Source: an uncultured Verrucomicrobiae bacterium
GTDB taxonomy: Bacteria > Verrucomicrobiota > Verrucomicrobiia > Limisphaerales > Palsa-1400
DNA length: 64,000 bases
Assembly: GCA_963813995.1 (NCBI GenBank)
Contig: CAWFAZ010000045.1
Coordinates: forward strand, 46,395 to 110,394
Reading direction: 5' to 3'
The notes under the pieces: generated by a model
What the model was told of the DNA's origin: nothing
Seen by the model: the letters and a program-made list of their open reading frames with translations, nothing else
Database searches by the model: none
Program-made: the position numbers and the translations under genes
Shown here: one piece after another, positions 28,062-38,082 of the stretch
How the letters are laid out: each line of letters opens with the position of its first letter
Numbering within the stretch: position 1 is the stretch's first letter

Positions 28062-30110
28062 TCAATTGGCCGCCGGTTTGGCGGGCGCGGAAACCGGGTC
28101 CGCCGGCCCCAGCGGCAGGGAGACGCGGACCAATCCGGGCGAGCCGAGGCGCGGGGTGGGAATTTCCATCTTGCCGGAATGGGTCTGGATGATCTTGTGG
28201 GTCACGGCCAGGCCAAGCCCCAAGCCCACCTTGCGGGTGGTGTAAAATGGCTCGGAGGCCTTGCCGGCGGCTTCGGCGCTGAAGCCGGCCCCGCTGTCCT
28301 GGACTTCAATTTGCGCCCAGCGCGAACCGCTGGAATCGGTTTCGGTGCGGGCGCGGACATGGACTTGACAGGATTGGGTGTTGGCCTGGAGGGCGTTGAG
28401 AATGATCTCGGCGAAGGCGTGCTGCAAACCCTGCCGGTCGCACGAGACGCTCAATGGCTCGCCGGAGGATTCAAATTGCAGCAGGACGGTGGTGGACGGA
28501 TGATAGGCCCGCGCTTCGCGGAAGGCTTCTTCGATCAATTGTTTGACCGGCACGGATTCCATCTGGGCGGCGCGGTCGCGCGCCAGGAAGCGCATTTGAT
28601 CGACCAGGCGGCTGACGCGCTTGACGCCTTCTTCCATGGCCGCCGCCAGGGATTGCTGGAACTCCACGTTGCCAATGCGTTCCTTGAACAGTTGCTGATG
28701 GGTGGAAATGGGCACAACGGCGTTGCCAATCTCGTGCGCCAGCCGTTCGGCCATCTGCTGGACAAGCCGCAAATTGGCCGTCTCGATTTCCAAATGACGA
28801 ATGCGGTCGGCCGGCGCGCAATCCTCCACCACCAGCAACGCCGCGGTCGGCGCCGCGGCATTGTCCCTGCGGAACGGGGTAATGGTGATTTGATAATGTT
28901 GTCCGGGGGCGGCCACGGGCTGGTAATGGAAATCGGCAATGGTTTTGCCCGTTTTCAGCACTTCAAAAACCTTGCTGCCGATCATTTGCGGCAGATCATT
29001 GAAATCGAAACTATCCGCCGGCCGGTTCGGGCGCGGGAAACAGGTTCGCGCCATGTCGTTGGCATGGAGCACCGTCAAACCGGGCCCCACCACCACGCAC
29101 CCGCTCTTGAGCTGGCGCAGGATGTCAAACATCATTTCGTGCCTGGCCGCGACCTTGTCGTGCAACCAGATGTTCTTGACCGCCAGGCCCAGGGGTTCGA
29201 GCAAATGGAAGATCAACGCCAGTTCCTCGTTGCTCACAGGCTCCCCGGTCACGCGTCCGTCAAACGCCGTCACGCCGACCAGGGTTTCCCGGTCCAAAAT
29301 GGGGATGGCCACCTGCGCGCCCAGCAAGTCAAATTCCCTGCGCATTTGCGGGTCGTTGGCCACTTCCGCGCTGTCCTTGCGCAACAGGCGGCCGGAGCGA
29401 AAGAGGTGGCCGCCGATTCCGCTCTCCAGCGACAGTTCAAGATGTTGCAGCAAACCCGGGGCCAATCCAATGGCGCAGGCCGAATGCAACCGCCGCGCCA
29501 CAACCGGGGGCAGCGAATCGCCGGCCTCGCCCGGCGGCTCGCGCAGGAAAATCGCGGCCCGGTTGACGCCGATGATCTCCCGCAGCAAAAGCAAAAACTC
29601 CCGCAACATCGCTTCGGCGCACAGCGTATGGGAGAGAATCGAGGAATAACTGCGCAACGTCTCGAGCGTGCGGGTTGAAATCCGGTCCGGGTCCGGCGCC
29701 GGCCTGATTTCGGGGCGCGGCGGCTCGACGGCCCGCGGTTCGGGCGGCGCAGGCGCGCTGAGAAGACCGTCCAACAACGAGTTGAGCAGGCGCGCCCGCA
29801 CGGGCTTGCTCAAGATATGATTGACGCCAAGGAGATAGGCGTCCTCCTCCCAGCTCCACTGTGAATCAGAGGCGTAAAGGATGATGGGGCATTGCGGGAG
29901 CACGCGGCGCAAGCGCTCCACCTGGCGGATCGGCTCGATCGACGTCAGGTCCGCGTCGAACACACAGGCGTCCACGGCGGAAGCGGTCAAGCGCAACTCA
30001 TCCTCGTGCAAGGCGGTGTGCTCGATGACCCGGTAGCGCTCCGGCGCCAGCGCCTGGCGCACCGCGGCAGTCAGGGCGGGGTTTGGGGCGATGACCAGGA
30101 CCGTTCTCAT
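28062..30110 (-). CDS. Cytoplasmic histidine kinase: receiver-like N-terminus, GAF, PAS, kinase core
   Basis: Internal ATG at 30110 (MRTVLVIAPNP..). Receiver-like with CVFDADL and SKPV but no N-terminal DD pair. H-box region LAHEIGNAVVPI. ATPase motifs DSGAGF and GLGLGLAV. An ATGA overlap links it to the upstream kinase. Confidence 0.85.
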   Translation of the reverse strand: MRTVLVIAPNPALTAAVRQALAPERYRVIEHTALHEDELRLTASAVDACVFDADLTSIEPIRQVERLRRVLPQCPIILYASDSQWSWEEDAYLLGVNHILSKPVRARLLNSLLDGLLSAPAPPEPRAVEPPRPEIRPAPDPDRISTRTLETLRSYSSILSHTLCAEAMLREFLLLLREIIGVNRAAIFLREPPGEAGDSLPPVVARRLHSACAIGLAPGLLQHLELSLESGIGGHLFRSGRLLRKDSAEVANDPQMRREFDLLGAQVAIPILDRETLVGVTAFDGRVTGEPVSNEELALIFHLLEPLGLAVKNIWLHDKVAARHEMMFDILRQLKSGCVVVGPGLTVLHANDMARTCFPRPNRPADSFDFNDLPQMIGSKVFEVLKTGKTIADFHYQPVAAPGQHYQITITPFRRDNAAAPTAALLVVEDCAPADRIRHLEIETANLRLVQQMAERLAHEIGNAVVPISTHQQLFKERIGNVEFQQSLAAAMEEGVKRVSRLVDQMRFLARDRAAQMESVPVKQLIEEAFREARAYHPSTTVLLQFESSGEPLSVSCDRQGLQHAFAEIILNALQANTQSCQVHVRARTETDSSGSRWAQIEVQDSGAGFSAEAAGKASEPFYTTRKVGLGLGLAVTHKIIQTHSGKMEIPTPRLGSPGLVRVSLPLGPADPVSAPAKPAAN

Positions 30111-32299
30111 GCGGGCACCATCCCCCGCCTCTGGTCGGCGGTCGCTGGAGGCTGATTTTGCGCCTGGTTCAATTTGCTGGGCAAATCCACCTGCACCGTT
30201 GTCCCTTTTTTCTCCATGCTGGTGATGCTGAGATTTCCGCCGTGCAAATGGACGATCTTGCGGGCGATGGCCAGGCCGAGGCCAAAACCGCGCTTGCCGT
30301 CCCCTGTATTCTTGGTCGTAAAATAGGGCGTGAAGACCCGCCGCAGGTTTTCCGGACTGATGCCCTCCCCGTGATCCACGATTTTGAGCCGGTACCAATC
30401 GCGGCTTAATTCCGTCTTGGGCAGCGAGGCAAGCTGGATTTCTATCTGCGAACCGCAGGGGGATGCATCGACCGCGTTGGAAAGGAGGTTGGACACCAGG
30501 CGCTTGATCAAAACGGCGTCCATTTCCATGACCACTTCGCTTTCCCCCTGAAAGGAGATGGCGATGCCCTTGGCTTGCGCATTGGCCTGCACCAGAGAAA
30601 TGGCCTCTCGCACCGTTTCATCCAACAACCCCGGTTTGCCTTGCAGCATGGACGACCGGGAAAAGAAAAGCGCCTCATTGACATAGGTGCGGACCGTTTC
30701 CAGGTTGCGCAAGCCCATGGGCAACAATTCGTCGATGGTCTCCTGGTTTAGCTTGGATTCCTGCAACAACTGCAACAAGGTCTGCACCGGGGTGAGCAAG
30801 TTGTTCAGATCGTGCGCCAGCCCGCGTGACATGCGGCCCATCAAATCCTGTTCATGCACCGCCTGCAACTGGTGCCGCAGGCGGATTTGGTTGAGCAACA
30901 GGCCCAGGTTGGAGGACAGTTCCGTCAGCAGCCGCAGATCGTGCGGCGTAAAAAGGTCCCCATTGTCCTTGGGCCCCAGCAACATCAGTCCGACCAGCTC
31001 ATTGCCGGCAAAAAACGGGAAGCAGAACTCAGGCTCAAAGGCTTTCAATTGCTGGCGCGCATCCCGCTGCAAGAGCGATTCCCGCTCCGTCTCATAAACC
31101 AGATTGCAGGAAAGGGACTTCGCGCGCGTCTGTTGAAAAAACCGGAACACGGGCGAATCAATGTTCAAGTCGGACAAATCAATGGCCGCCCGCGCGGGAT
31201 GGGAGTGCAAGAGCATGAAACCCCGCGTTGTGTCATCCAGCAGAATAATCTGATAGCTTCGCACCTTCATCGTGCTCACCAGCAAGGCGTCCAATTCCTG
31301 GAGCAGGAAGTCCGGCTCGGGAAAGGACCTCATGGTCTGGATCAAATTCTTCACCCGCGCATGGTATTCAAAACGGTCGCCCAGGATTTGCCGCTCCAGC
31401 GCGACGGAACCCTTGCCGAAAAATTGCGGAAAGAAAAGCGACGCCACCACCGCGCTGGCCGCCAGCACCCCCATCGAGGCCACAAATGAAAACGTCGAAA
31501 AGCTTCCCGGCTCCAGCCGCGTCAGGAGCAGGAGCATCGTGAACCCCACCAACACCATGAAGATCAGCCGCACGAACTGCGCCGCGAAGCGGCTCAGCGT
31601 CACATGAATGTCCAGCAGTTGGTGCTGCAAGACGCTGTAGCCGATGATCACCACGTAAAAAATCGCCGCCAGACTGCCCAACGGATAAAACTTGATATGC
31701 GTAAACGGGTAGGTGTCGAAGCCCCAAATGGGTATCAAGTCGTTGCTGCCGAAAACCCACAAGATCAGAAGGGCCAGCAGCAGCGCCCGCAGCCGCTTCC
31801 GTTGGCTCGGCGGCGCTGCTTTTTGCTTGCGATACAAAATCAGCACGAGCGCCGTCGAAATCACCGGGTAAAAACAACTGAAAACGTAAAAGCCGGGACC
31901 GGGAACCGACCAGTAGCCCACATCCAGCTTCCGCACATCGATGATAAACCAATTGAAAAAAAGGCTGGCCGCAAGACAAACGTGGGCCAGATACAAAACC
32001 GGCAGAACCCAGCCCACCCGCGTTCTGGAAATGACCATGGACAAATGGAAAAGACTGATGGGCGTGAAAATCACGCCCAACTGCAACATCTTGGCCCAAA
32101 AAAAGGCGTCTTGGTGGCTCATGTTTTGCTGGCTGAGTTGAAAGACGCCAAAGTTCCATAGCGTGATGGAAATTCCCCACAACATGTAAACACGGTGCAG
32201 GGTCGAACGAAAATCCCGCCCCAGCACCAGCAACGTCAAAATAATATTGAACACCGTTGCCGTTAGCGCCGTGATCATGATGACATTGAGCATGTTCAT
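30107..32299 (-). CDS. Membrane histidine kinase with an N-terminal 7TM sensor module, GAF and kinase core
   Basis: Seven hydrophobic helices in the first ~290 aa. GAF-like middle. H-box SRGLAHDLNNLLTPV. ATPase motifs DHGEGI and GFGLGLAI. Confidence 0.85.
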   Translation of the reverse strand: MNMLNVIMITALTATVFNIILTLLVLGRDFRSTLHRVYMLWGISITLWNFGVFQLSQQNMSHQDAFFWAKMLQLGVIFTPISLFHLSMVISRTRVGWVLPVLYLAHVCLAASLFFNWFIIDVRKLDVGYWSVPGPGFYVFSCFYPVISTALVLILYRKQKAAPPSQRKRLRALLLALLILWVFGSNDLIPIWGFDTYPFTHIKFYPLGSLAAIFYVVIIGYSVLQHQLLDIHVTLSRFAAQFVRLIFMVLVGFTMLLLLTRLEPGSFSTFSFVASMGVLAASAVVASLFFPQFFGKGSVALERQILGDRFEYHARVKNLIQTMRSFPEPDFLLQELDALLVSTMKVRSYQIILLDDTTRGFMLLHSHPARAAIDLSDLNIDSPVFRFFQQTRAKSLSCNLVYETERESLLQRDARQQLKAFEPEFCFPFFAGNELVGLMLLGPKDNGDLFTPHDLRLLTELSSNLGLLLNQIRLRHQLQAVHEQDLMGRMSRGLAHDLNNLLTPVQTLLQLLQESKLNQETIDELLPMGLRNLETVRTYVNEALFFSRSSMLQGKPGLLDETVREAISLVQANAQAKGIAISFQGESEVVMEMDAVLIKRLVSNLLSNAVDASPCGSQIEIQLASLPKTELSRDWYRLKIVDHGEGISPENLRRVFTPYFTTKNTGDGKRGFGLGLAIARKIVHLHGGNLSITSMEKKGTTVQVDLPSKLNQAQNQPPATADQRRGMVPA

Positions 32300-32305
32300 G
32301 GCGCC

Positions 32306-33559
32306 TCAAATCCTCTTCAACACCAGGCAGGCGTAACGCCCTCCAAAACCCGCGTTCAAATTCACGGCAACCTTCACCGGGTAGGCCCGCGCCTCACCGG
32401 GCACATAATCCAAATCACAGGCGGGGTCCGGTTCATTGAGATTGATCGTCGGCGGAATCTCCTCGTGCCGGATGGCCAGCGCGCAAATCATCGTCTCAAG
32501 CGCGCCCGAGGCCCCCATCAAATGCCCCGTAATTGGCTTGGTCGCGCTGATGGCCACCCGCTTGGCATGTTCCCGCAATACTGTTTTGATCGCCTTGGTT
32601 TCGATCGGATCGTTCAGCGGCGTGGCCGAACCGTGGGCGTTGATATAATCCACTTCGGAAGGATGCACCCGCGCGTCGCGCAACGCCTTCTCCAACGCCC
32701 GCGCGTAGCCCACGCCGTCGGGATGCGGATCGGTCGCGTGCCAGGCCTCGCAACTGTGGCCGTGCCCGGCAATTTCCGCATAAATGCGCGCCCCGCGCCC
32801 CAGTGCGTGCGAGAGTTCTTCCAGCACGAAAAAAGCCGCGCCTTCCCCCAGCAGAAAACCATCGCGCGACCGGTCAAAGGGCCGCATCGCCCGGGCCGGA
32901 CTGCCGTCCTGCTCGGTCATCGCTCGAATGCGGCAAAAACCCACATGCAGATTCTCCATGGACGCTTCCGCGCCTCCCGCCAGCGCCACATCCACGTCAT
33001 CGAGCCGGATCATGCGTGTCGCGTGGCCAATGGCGTCGCTGCCGGAGGCGCACCCCGAACAATACGTCACGGCGTGACCGTGAATCCCCAGATGCAGGCT
33101 GATGGTGCTGCTTCCCTCCCCGCAATACCCCGCCACGACATTGTAGGGATGCACCGCCCGGAAATTATTATTGCTATCCCTGAAACTGTCGTGCCCCTTG
33201 ATGATGCTTTCCATCCCGCTGACCGTTGTTCCCTCCACCACGCCCACCCGGTCTTCATCCAGGCCGCTCAGATCGATCCCGGCGTCCTTGACCGCCAGCG
33301 TCGCCGCCGCCACCCCATATTGGATGCTCAAATCAAACCGCCCCGGTTTCCGGCTCTTGATATATTCTGAAACGTCGAAATTCTTCACCTCCGCCGAGAT
33401 CTTGACCGGCAACCGGCTCGCGTCAAAGCGGGTGACGGGAGCGGCCGCGCTGATCCCGCCGCGCACGTTCGACCAGAAAGTTTCCAAATCCGTGCCACTG
33501 GGCGAAATGACCGCCATTCCAGTTATCACCACACGGCGTTCGTGGGAGTTGATCTTCAT
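32306..33559 (-). CDS. Beta-ketoacyl synthase, FabF/NodE-like (KAS II fold)
   Basis: MKINSHERRVVITGMAVISPSG. Active-site Cys in TYCSGCASGSDAIG. His residues in EAWHATDP and INAHGSATPLND. GFGGRYACLVL C-terminus. An alternative ATG lies at 33577. It ends 6 nt before the 7TM kinase ATG. Confidence 0.85.
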   Translation of the reverse strand: MKINSHERRVVITGMAVISPSGTDLETFWSNVRGGISAAAPVTRFDASRLPVKISAEVKNFDVSEYIKSRKPGRFDLSIQYGVAAATLAVKDAGIDLSGLDEDRVGVVEGTTVSGMESIIKGHDSFRDSNNNFRAVHPYNVVAGYCGEGSSTISLHLGIHGHAVTYCSGCASGSDAIGHATRMIRLDDVDVALAGGAEASMENLHVGFCRIRAMTEQDGSPARAMRPFDRSRDGFLLGEGAAFFVLEELSHALGRGARIYAEIAGHGHSCEAWHATDPHPDGVGYARALEKALRDARVHPSEVDYINAHGSATPLNDPIETKAIKTVLREHAKRVAISATKPITGHLMGASGALETMICALAIRHEEIPPTINLNEPDPACDLDYVPGEARAYPVKVAVNLNAGFGGRYACLVLKRI

Positions 33560-33863
33560 GGTGGCAGGCTTTCCCATGGCGGCATAATGGTTTTTGTCAT
33601 CCAGGCATGCCAGTGGAAGCTTTCCGTGACGAAGCTTGAAGCCGTCCTTTTCTTCACCGACCTCATCACCATCTTCGCCAGGAATACCCTGCACTTCAGG
33701 CTAATCCTACAAATGGCAACCAGAGTCATTCGCACCGTTTTACCGCATTTCCGGCTCAAATTCAATAAGATTCAATAATAATTGAAGGACCAGGCCCATT
33801 TTTTTGGGTGTGCGCCGGATTGACGGCTCTTGCGCCTTTCTGGCAGGATTCTGTTGTGACCCG

Positions 33864-35681
33864 ATGGCTGAGTTCATGGGTGACCCTTTTATGAATGGTG
33901 AGAAAGCGCCGGAAAGCCGTGGCTTGGTGGAATTCCTGCCGTCTTCGTGGCGTCATGCCTGGCTGTTTGGATTGTTCCTGGTGGCCATCACCCTGATTGC
34001 CTATGGGCCGGCATGGCGCGCGGGATTCATCTGGGACGACGATGCGTATCTGACGCAAAACCCATTGCTGACCGCGCCGGACGGCTTGCGTCGGATTTGG
34101 TTTTCGCTCGATTCGCCGTCGCAGTTTTTTCCGCTGACTTATACCACGTTTTACGTGGAGCGCGCCCTCTGGGGATTGAATCCGGCGGGCTACCACTTGG
34201 TCAATCTTCTGCTCCACGCCGCCAATGCGCTGCTGGTGTGGCGGGTGCTGGCGCGGCTGCGCGTGCCGGGCGCGTGGCTGGCGGCGGCGATCTTCGCGCT
34301 GCATCCGGTGCAGGTGGAATCGGCCGCGTGGATCACGGAGCGCAAGAACGTGCTGATGGGCTTCTTCTTTTTGCTCACGCTGTGGGGATGGGTCCGGTTC
34401 ATTGATGAAAAAAACGGGCGCCGGTGGCGCTATTACATTTTGGCGCTGGTTTTTTACGCACTGGCGCTATTGGCCAAAACAACAGCCTGCACGCTGCCGG
34501 CGGCGCTGCTTTTAATTCTGTGGCTGGAAAAAACGCCGGTCAACTGGCGGCGGCTGGCACAGGTCGCGCCGTTTGTGGCAATGGGAATCGGCATGGGGCT
34601 GGTGACGGTCTGGTGGGAGCGCCATCATCAAGGCACACAGGGCAAATTGTTCGAGATCGGGCTGGTGGAACGCGCGCTGATTGCGAGCCGGGCGGTGTGG
34701 TTTTATGCCGGCAAGCTGCTCTGGCCGGCGAATCTGACATTCAGTTATCCGCGCTGGACGATTTCGGCCTCTGATCCGCGCGCGTACGGATGGGTGCTGG
34801 CGACGGCGGCGCTGGGCGTGGTGATTTGGCGGGCGCGGCGCCGGGCGGGGCGGAGCGTGGAGGTGGCGGCGGCGTTTTTTGTGGCGACATTGAGTCCACT
34901 GCTGGGATTCGTCATGGTTTACACGTTTGCGTATTCGTTCGTGGCGGATCATTACCAGTATCTGGCCTGCATCGGACCCATTGCGCTGGCGGCGGCGGGA
35001 ATGGAGATGGGACTGGGCCGCGTGGCCTGGGGGAAACCATTTCTTCAGCCGGTGTTGTGCGCCGCGCTGCTGATGGCGCTGGGCGCGTTGACGTGGCGGC
35101 AATGCGGGATGTATGCCAACGTCGAAACGCTCTGGCAGGCGACCCTCGCGCGAAATCCGGACTCCTGGCTGGCGCACAACAACCTCGGAACCGCTCTTCG
35201 CCAAAGGGGCCGGGTGGACGAAGCGATCACCCATTACCAGGAGGCGCTGCAAATCATGCCCGACAACGAGTCAGTCCACTTCAACCTTGCCAGGGCTTCT
35301 TACCAAAAGGGCAAAGTGGACCAGGCGATCGCCCAATTCCAATTGGCGCTGCAAATCGAACCGGCAGATATGGAAGCCCAAAATAACCTGGCCTGGCTCC
35401 TGGCCACTTGCCCGCAGGCTTCGCTGCGCAACGGTGACAAAGCGGTGCAACTGGCCCGGCAGGCCAATGAACTGGCCGGCGGAAAAAACCCGGTCATTCT
35501 TGGCACCCTCGCCGCCGCCTTCGCCGAGACCGGACGATTTCCCGAAGCGACGGAAACCGCGCAGCGCGCTTTGCATCTGGCCGAGGCGCAATCCAACATC
35601 AGGCTGGCCGGGCAACTTCAATTTGAGATGAAACTCTACCAGGCAGGCAGCCCATACCATATCCCTGAACAAACACATTAA
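33864..35681 (+). CDS. TMTC/PMT-like membrane glycosyltransferase with TPRs, paralog 2
   Basis: Motifs FIWDDDAYLTQNP, YHLVNLLLH and FALHPVQVESAAWITERKNVLMGFFF. C-terminal TPRs. The start is ambiguous (ATGs at 33864, 33876, 33891). Confidence 0.8.
   Translation: MAEFMGDPFMNGEKAPESRGLVEFLPSSWRHAWLFGLFLVAITLIAYGPAWRAGFIWDDDAYLTQNPLLTAPDGLRRIWFSLDSPSQFFPLTYTTFYVERALWGLNPAGYHLVNLLLHAANALLVWRVLARLRVPGAWLAAAIFALHPVQVESAAWITERKNVLMGFFFLLTLWGWVRFIDEKNGRRWRYYILALVFYALALLAKTTACTLPAALLLILWLEKTPVNWRRLAQVAPFVAMGIGMGLVTVWWERHHQGTQGKLFEIGLVERALIASRAVWFYAGKLLWPANLTFSYPRWTISASDPRAYGWVLATAALGVVIWRARRRAGRSVEVAAAFFVATLSPLLGFVMVYTFAYSFVADHYQYLACIGPIALAAAGMEMGLGRVAWGKPFLQPVLCAALLMALGALTWRQCGMYANVETLWQATLARNPDSWLAHNNLGTALRQRGRVDEAITHYQEALQIMPDNESVHFNLARASYQKGKVDQAIAQFQLALQIEPADMEAQNNLAWLLATCPQASLRNGDKAVQLARQANELAGGKNPVILGTLAAAFAETGRFPEATETAQRALHLAEAQSNIRLAGQLQFEMKLYQAGSPYHIPEQTH
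35402..35540 (+). repeat. 139-bp tract, copy A, duplicated in the adjacent paralog
   Basis: By hand alignment it matches 37311..37449 except for one base (t versus a after ..ccgcaggc). Confidence 0.9.
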
Positions 35682-35718
35682 TTCGAAAGCCGTGAACTTG
35701 GAAACGACACCGGAAGGA

Positions 35719-37575
35719 ATGGAAATGAAACCACAAGCCATTCAGGTGGCGGGTGTTTGCATTGTTCTCGTCCTGGCGGTGGTGGCTGTGTTCGGACAGA
35801 CGGCGGGTTTCGGGTTCGTCAATTACGATGACGATAGGTATGTGTATGAGAACCCGGTGGTGGCAAAGGGTTTGACCCTGAAGGGAGCCGTCTGGGCGTT
35901 GACCTTTGAAGGAATTGGCCACTGGCATCCACTGACGTGGCTGACGCACATGGCGGACTGCCAGGCCTATGGCCTGTGGGCGGGTGGCCATCATCTGACC
36001 AACGTCGCGCTGCACGCGGCGGCGGCGGTGCTTTTGTTTCTGGCGTTGAGAGAGATGACGGGGAGCCTGTGGCGCAGCGCATTCGTGGCGGGGGTCTTTG
36101 CGATTCATCCGCTGCGGGTGGAGTCGGTGGCCTGGATTTCAGAACGCAAGGACGTGTTGAGCGGGGTCTTCTTTATGCTGACGCTGTGGGCTTATGCGCG
36201 TTATGTGCGCCGGCCTTCGCGCTGGCGCTACGCGGCGGTGGCGGTGTGGTATGGCTTGGGACTTTTATGCAAGAACACGCTGGTGACTCTGCCGTTTGTG
36301 TTGCTGTTGCTGGATTGGTGGCCGCTCCATCGCGTGAAGCTGGACGGGGCAGACGGCGGGAGGCTTGCGGCGCTTTTTTGGGGATTGGTCAAGGAAAAGA
36401 TGCCGTTGTTCCTGCTCTCGGCCGGGTCATGCGTGGTGACGGTTCTTGTGCCGGAAAAATTGCTTGACTCCGAGCGTCTCCCGTTCCTTGAACGCATGGG
36501 AAACGCCTTGGTTTCTTATGGCGTTTACCTGCGGCAGATGGTTTTTCCGGCGGGATTGGCCAACCCATATCTCAACCCGCCAAACGGTCTGCCGTTCTGG
36601 AAGGCAGCCCTGGCCTTTGTCCTGCTGGCGGCGATTTCCATAAGTGTGTTGGCGTGCCGGAAAAGACGCCCATACCTGCTGGTGGGCTGGCTCTGGTATC
36701 TGGGAATGCTGGTTCCGACGATTGGGTTTATGCAAATATCGTACTATGTCCATGCGGATCGCTACACCTATTTGCCGGGAATCGGGCTGGTCCTGGCGGG
36801 GACATGGGCGGTGGGGGATTGGAGCGCGGGGTGGAAACATCGGCGGGCGGTGCTGGGCGGTTTGATGGCCGCCGTGATTGGCGCATTGATGGTCTGCGCC
36901 TGGAAACAGACCGGGTATTGGAAAAACGGCGAAACATGGTGGACCCATGCGCTCTCCTGCACCACAGGCAACTACATGGCCCACAACAATCTTGGCATCC
37001 TTCTTCTCGAAACGAGAAGAGTGGACGAGGCGGCCACCCATTTCCAAAGCGCGCTGCAAATCAAGCCCGACTACGTGGAAGCCCACTACAATCTCGGCGT
37101 CACTCTTGACCAAAAAGGAAGGGTGGATGAAGCGATCACGCATTTCCAAAAGGCGCTGGAAATCGAGCCGGACAACTCAAAAGCACACCTCAACCTCGGC
37201 AACGCTCTTCAGCAAAAAGGAAGAGCGGACGAAGCGATCGCCCATTACCAAAAGGCCCTGCAAATCAAACCAGCCGATCCAGCGATCCAAAATAATCTGG
37301 CCTGGTGCCTGGCCACTTGCCCGCAGGCATCGCTGCGCAACGGTGACAAAGCGGTGCAACTGGCCCGGCAGGCCAATGAACTGGCCGGCGGAAAAAACCC
37401 GGTCATTCTTGGCACCCTCGCCGCCGCCTTCGCCGAGACCGGACGATTTGGCGACGCGGTGCAGAGCGCGCAAAAGGCCATTGAACTGGCCCGGGCGGCG
37501 GGGCGGCAGGATTTGGCGGGGAAGCTCAACGGTGAGTTGCGGCGCTACGAAGCGGGACTCCCCTTGCATCAGTAA
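35719..37575 (+). CDS. TMTC/PMT-like membrane glycosyltransferase with TPRs, paralog 3 (tandem to paralog 2)
   Basis: Motifs NYDDDRYVYENP, HHLTNVALH and FAIHPLRVESVAWISERKDVLSGVFF. The track start GTG at 35692 lies 10 nt after the paralog 2 stop; ATGs at 35719 and 35725 are more likely. Confidence 0.8.
   Translation: MEMKPQAIQVAGVCIVLVLAVVAVFGQTAGFGFVNYDDDRYVYENPVVAKGLTLKGAVWALTFEGIGHWHPLTWLTHMADCQAYGLWAGGHHLTNVALHAAAAVLLFLALREMTGSLWRSAFVAGVFAIHPLRVESVAWISERKDVLSGVFFMLTLWAYARYVRRPSRWRYAAVAVWYGLGLLCKNTLVTLPFVLLLLDWWPLHRVKLDGADGGRLAALFWGLVKEKMPLFLLSAGSCVVTVLVPEKLLDSERLPFLERMGNALVSYGVYLRQMVFPAGLANPYLNPPNGLPFWKAALAFVLLAAISISVLACRKRRPYLLVGWLWYLGMLVPTIGFMQISYYVHADRYTYLPGIGLVLAGTWAVGDWSAGWKHRRAVLGGLMAAVIGALMVCAWKQTGYWKNGETWWTHALSCTTGNYMAHNNLGILLLETRRVDEAATHFQSALQIKPDYVEAHYNLGVTLDQKGRVDEAITHFQKALEIEPDNSKAHLNLGNALQQKGRADEAIAHYQKALQIKPADPAIQNNLAWCLATCPQASLRNGDKAVQLARQANELAGGKNPVILGTLAAAFAETGRFGDAVQSAQKAIELARAAGRQDLAGKLNGELRRYEAGLPLHQ
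37311..37449 (+). repeat. 139-bp tract, copy B
   Basis: See copy A. 138 of 139 positions match, while the flanking codons of the two paralogs are clearly diverged. Confidence 0.9.
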
Positions 37576-38082
37576 TCCCTCTCGTTGTTTGAGAGCTTCT
37601 TTGAATACTCCGACGGCTTCTGCACCATGCGTTTTAGGCAAAAACATGTCGGAACTTTTTACATATCAGGCGAATTCACCTAACACATTGCAGATGAATT
37701 AGTTACATGCAATTTTGACTTTTTTCCATCTCCAAGGCGTCGGGTGTGTTTACAGATTGACATGTTGGCTGGTTTGCCATCCAGCTTCGATTGAGATTTT
37801 ATCGGCGCAGATTTACGCAGCGTTGAAGCCTGATCATCCCAAGGAGGGTGCTTCTTTGGAACATCGTCTGGTTAAGCTGCAAATCCTTCAACGGCAGATC
37901 ATTATGTAACAATTAGAGGCGCCCTCTCACGCTCATGGTTCCTCATTCACTTGGCGGGAAATCCCCACCAACAAAACTGTCAAGTAATGAAGCGCGGAAC
38001 CATCCGGCAATCTCGGCACAAACCTTGCTTATGTTCGGGAGAATTGAGCAATAGGACAAAGAACCGATAACCTAAATAAAAT

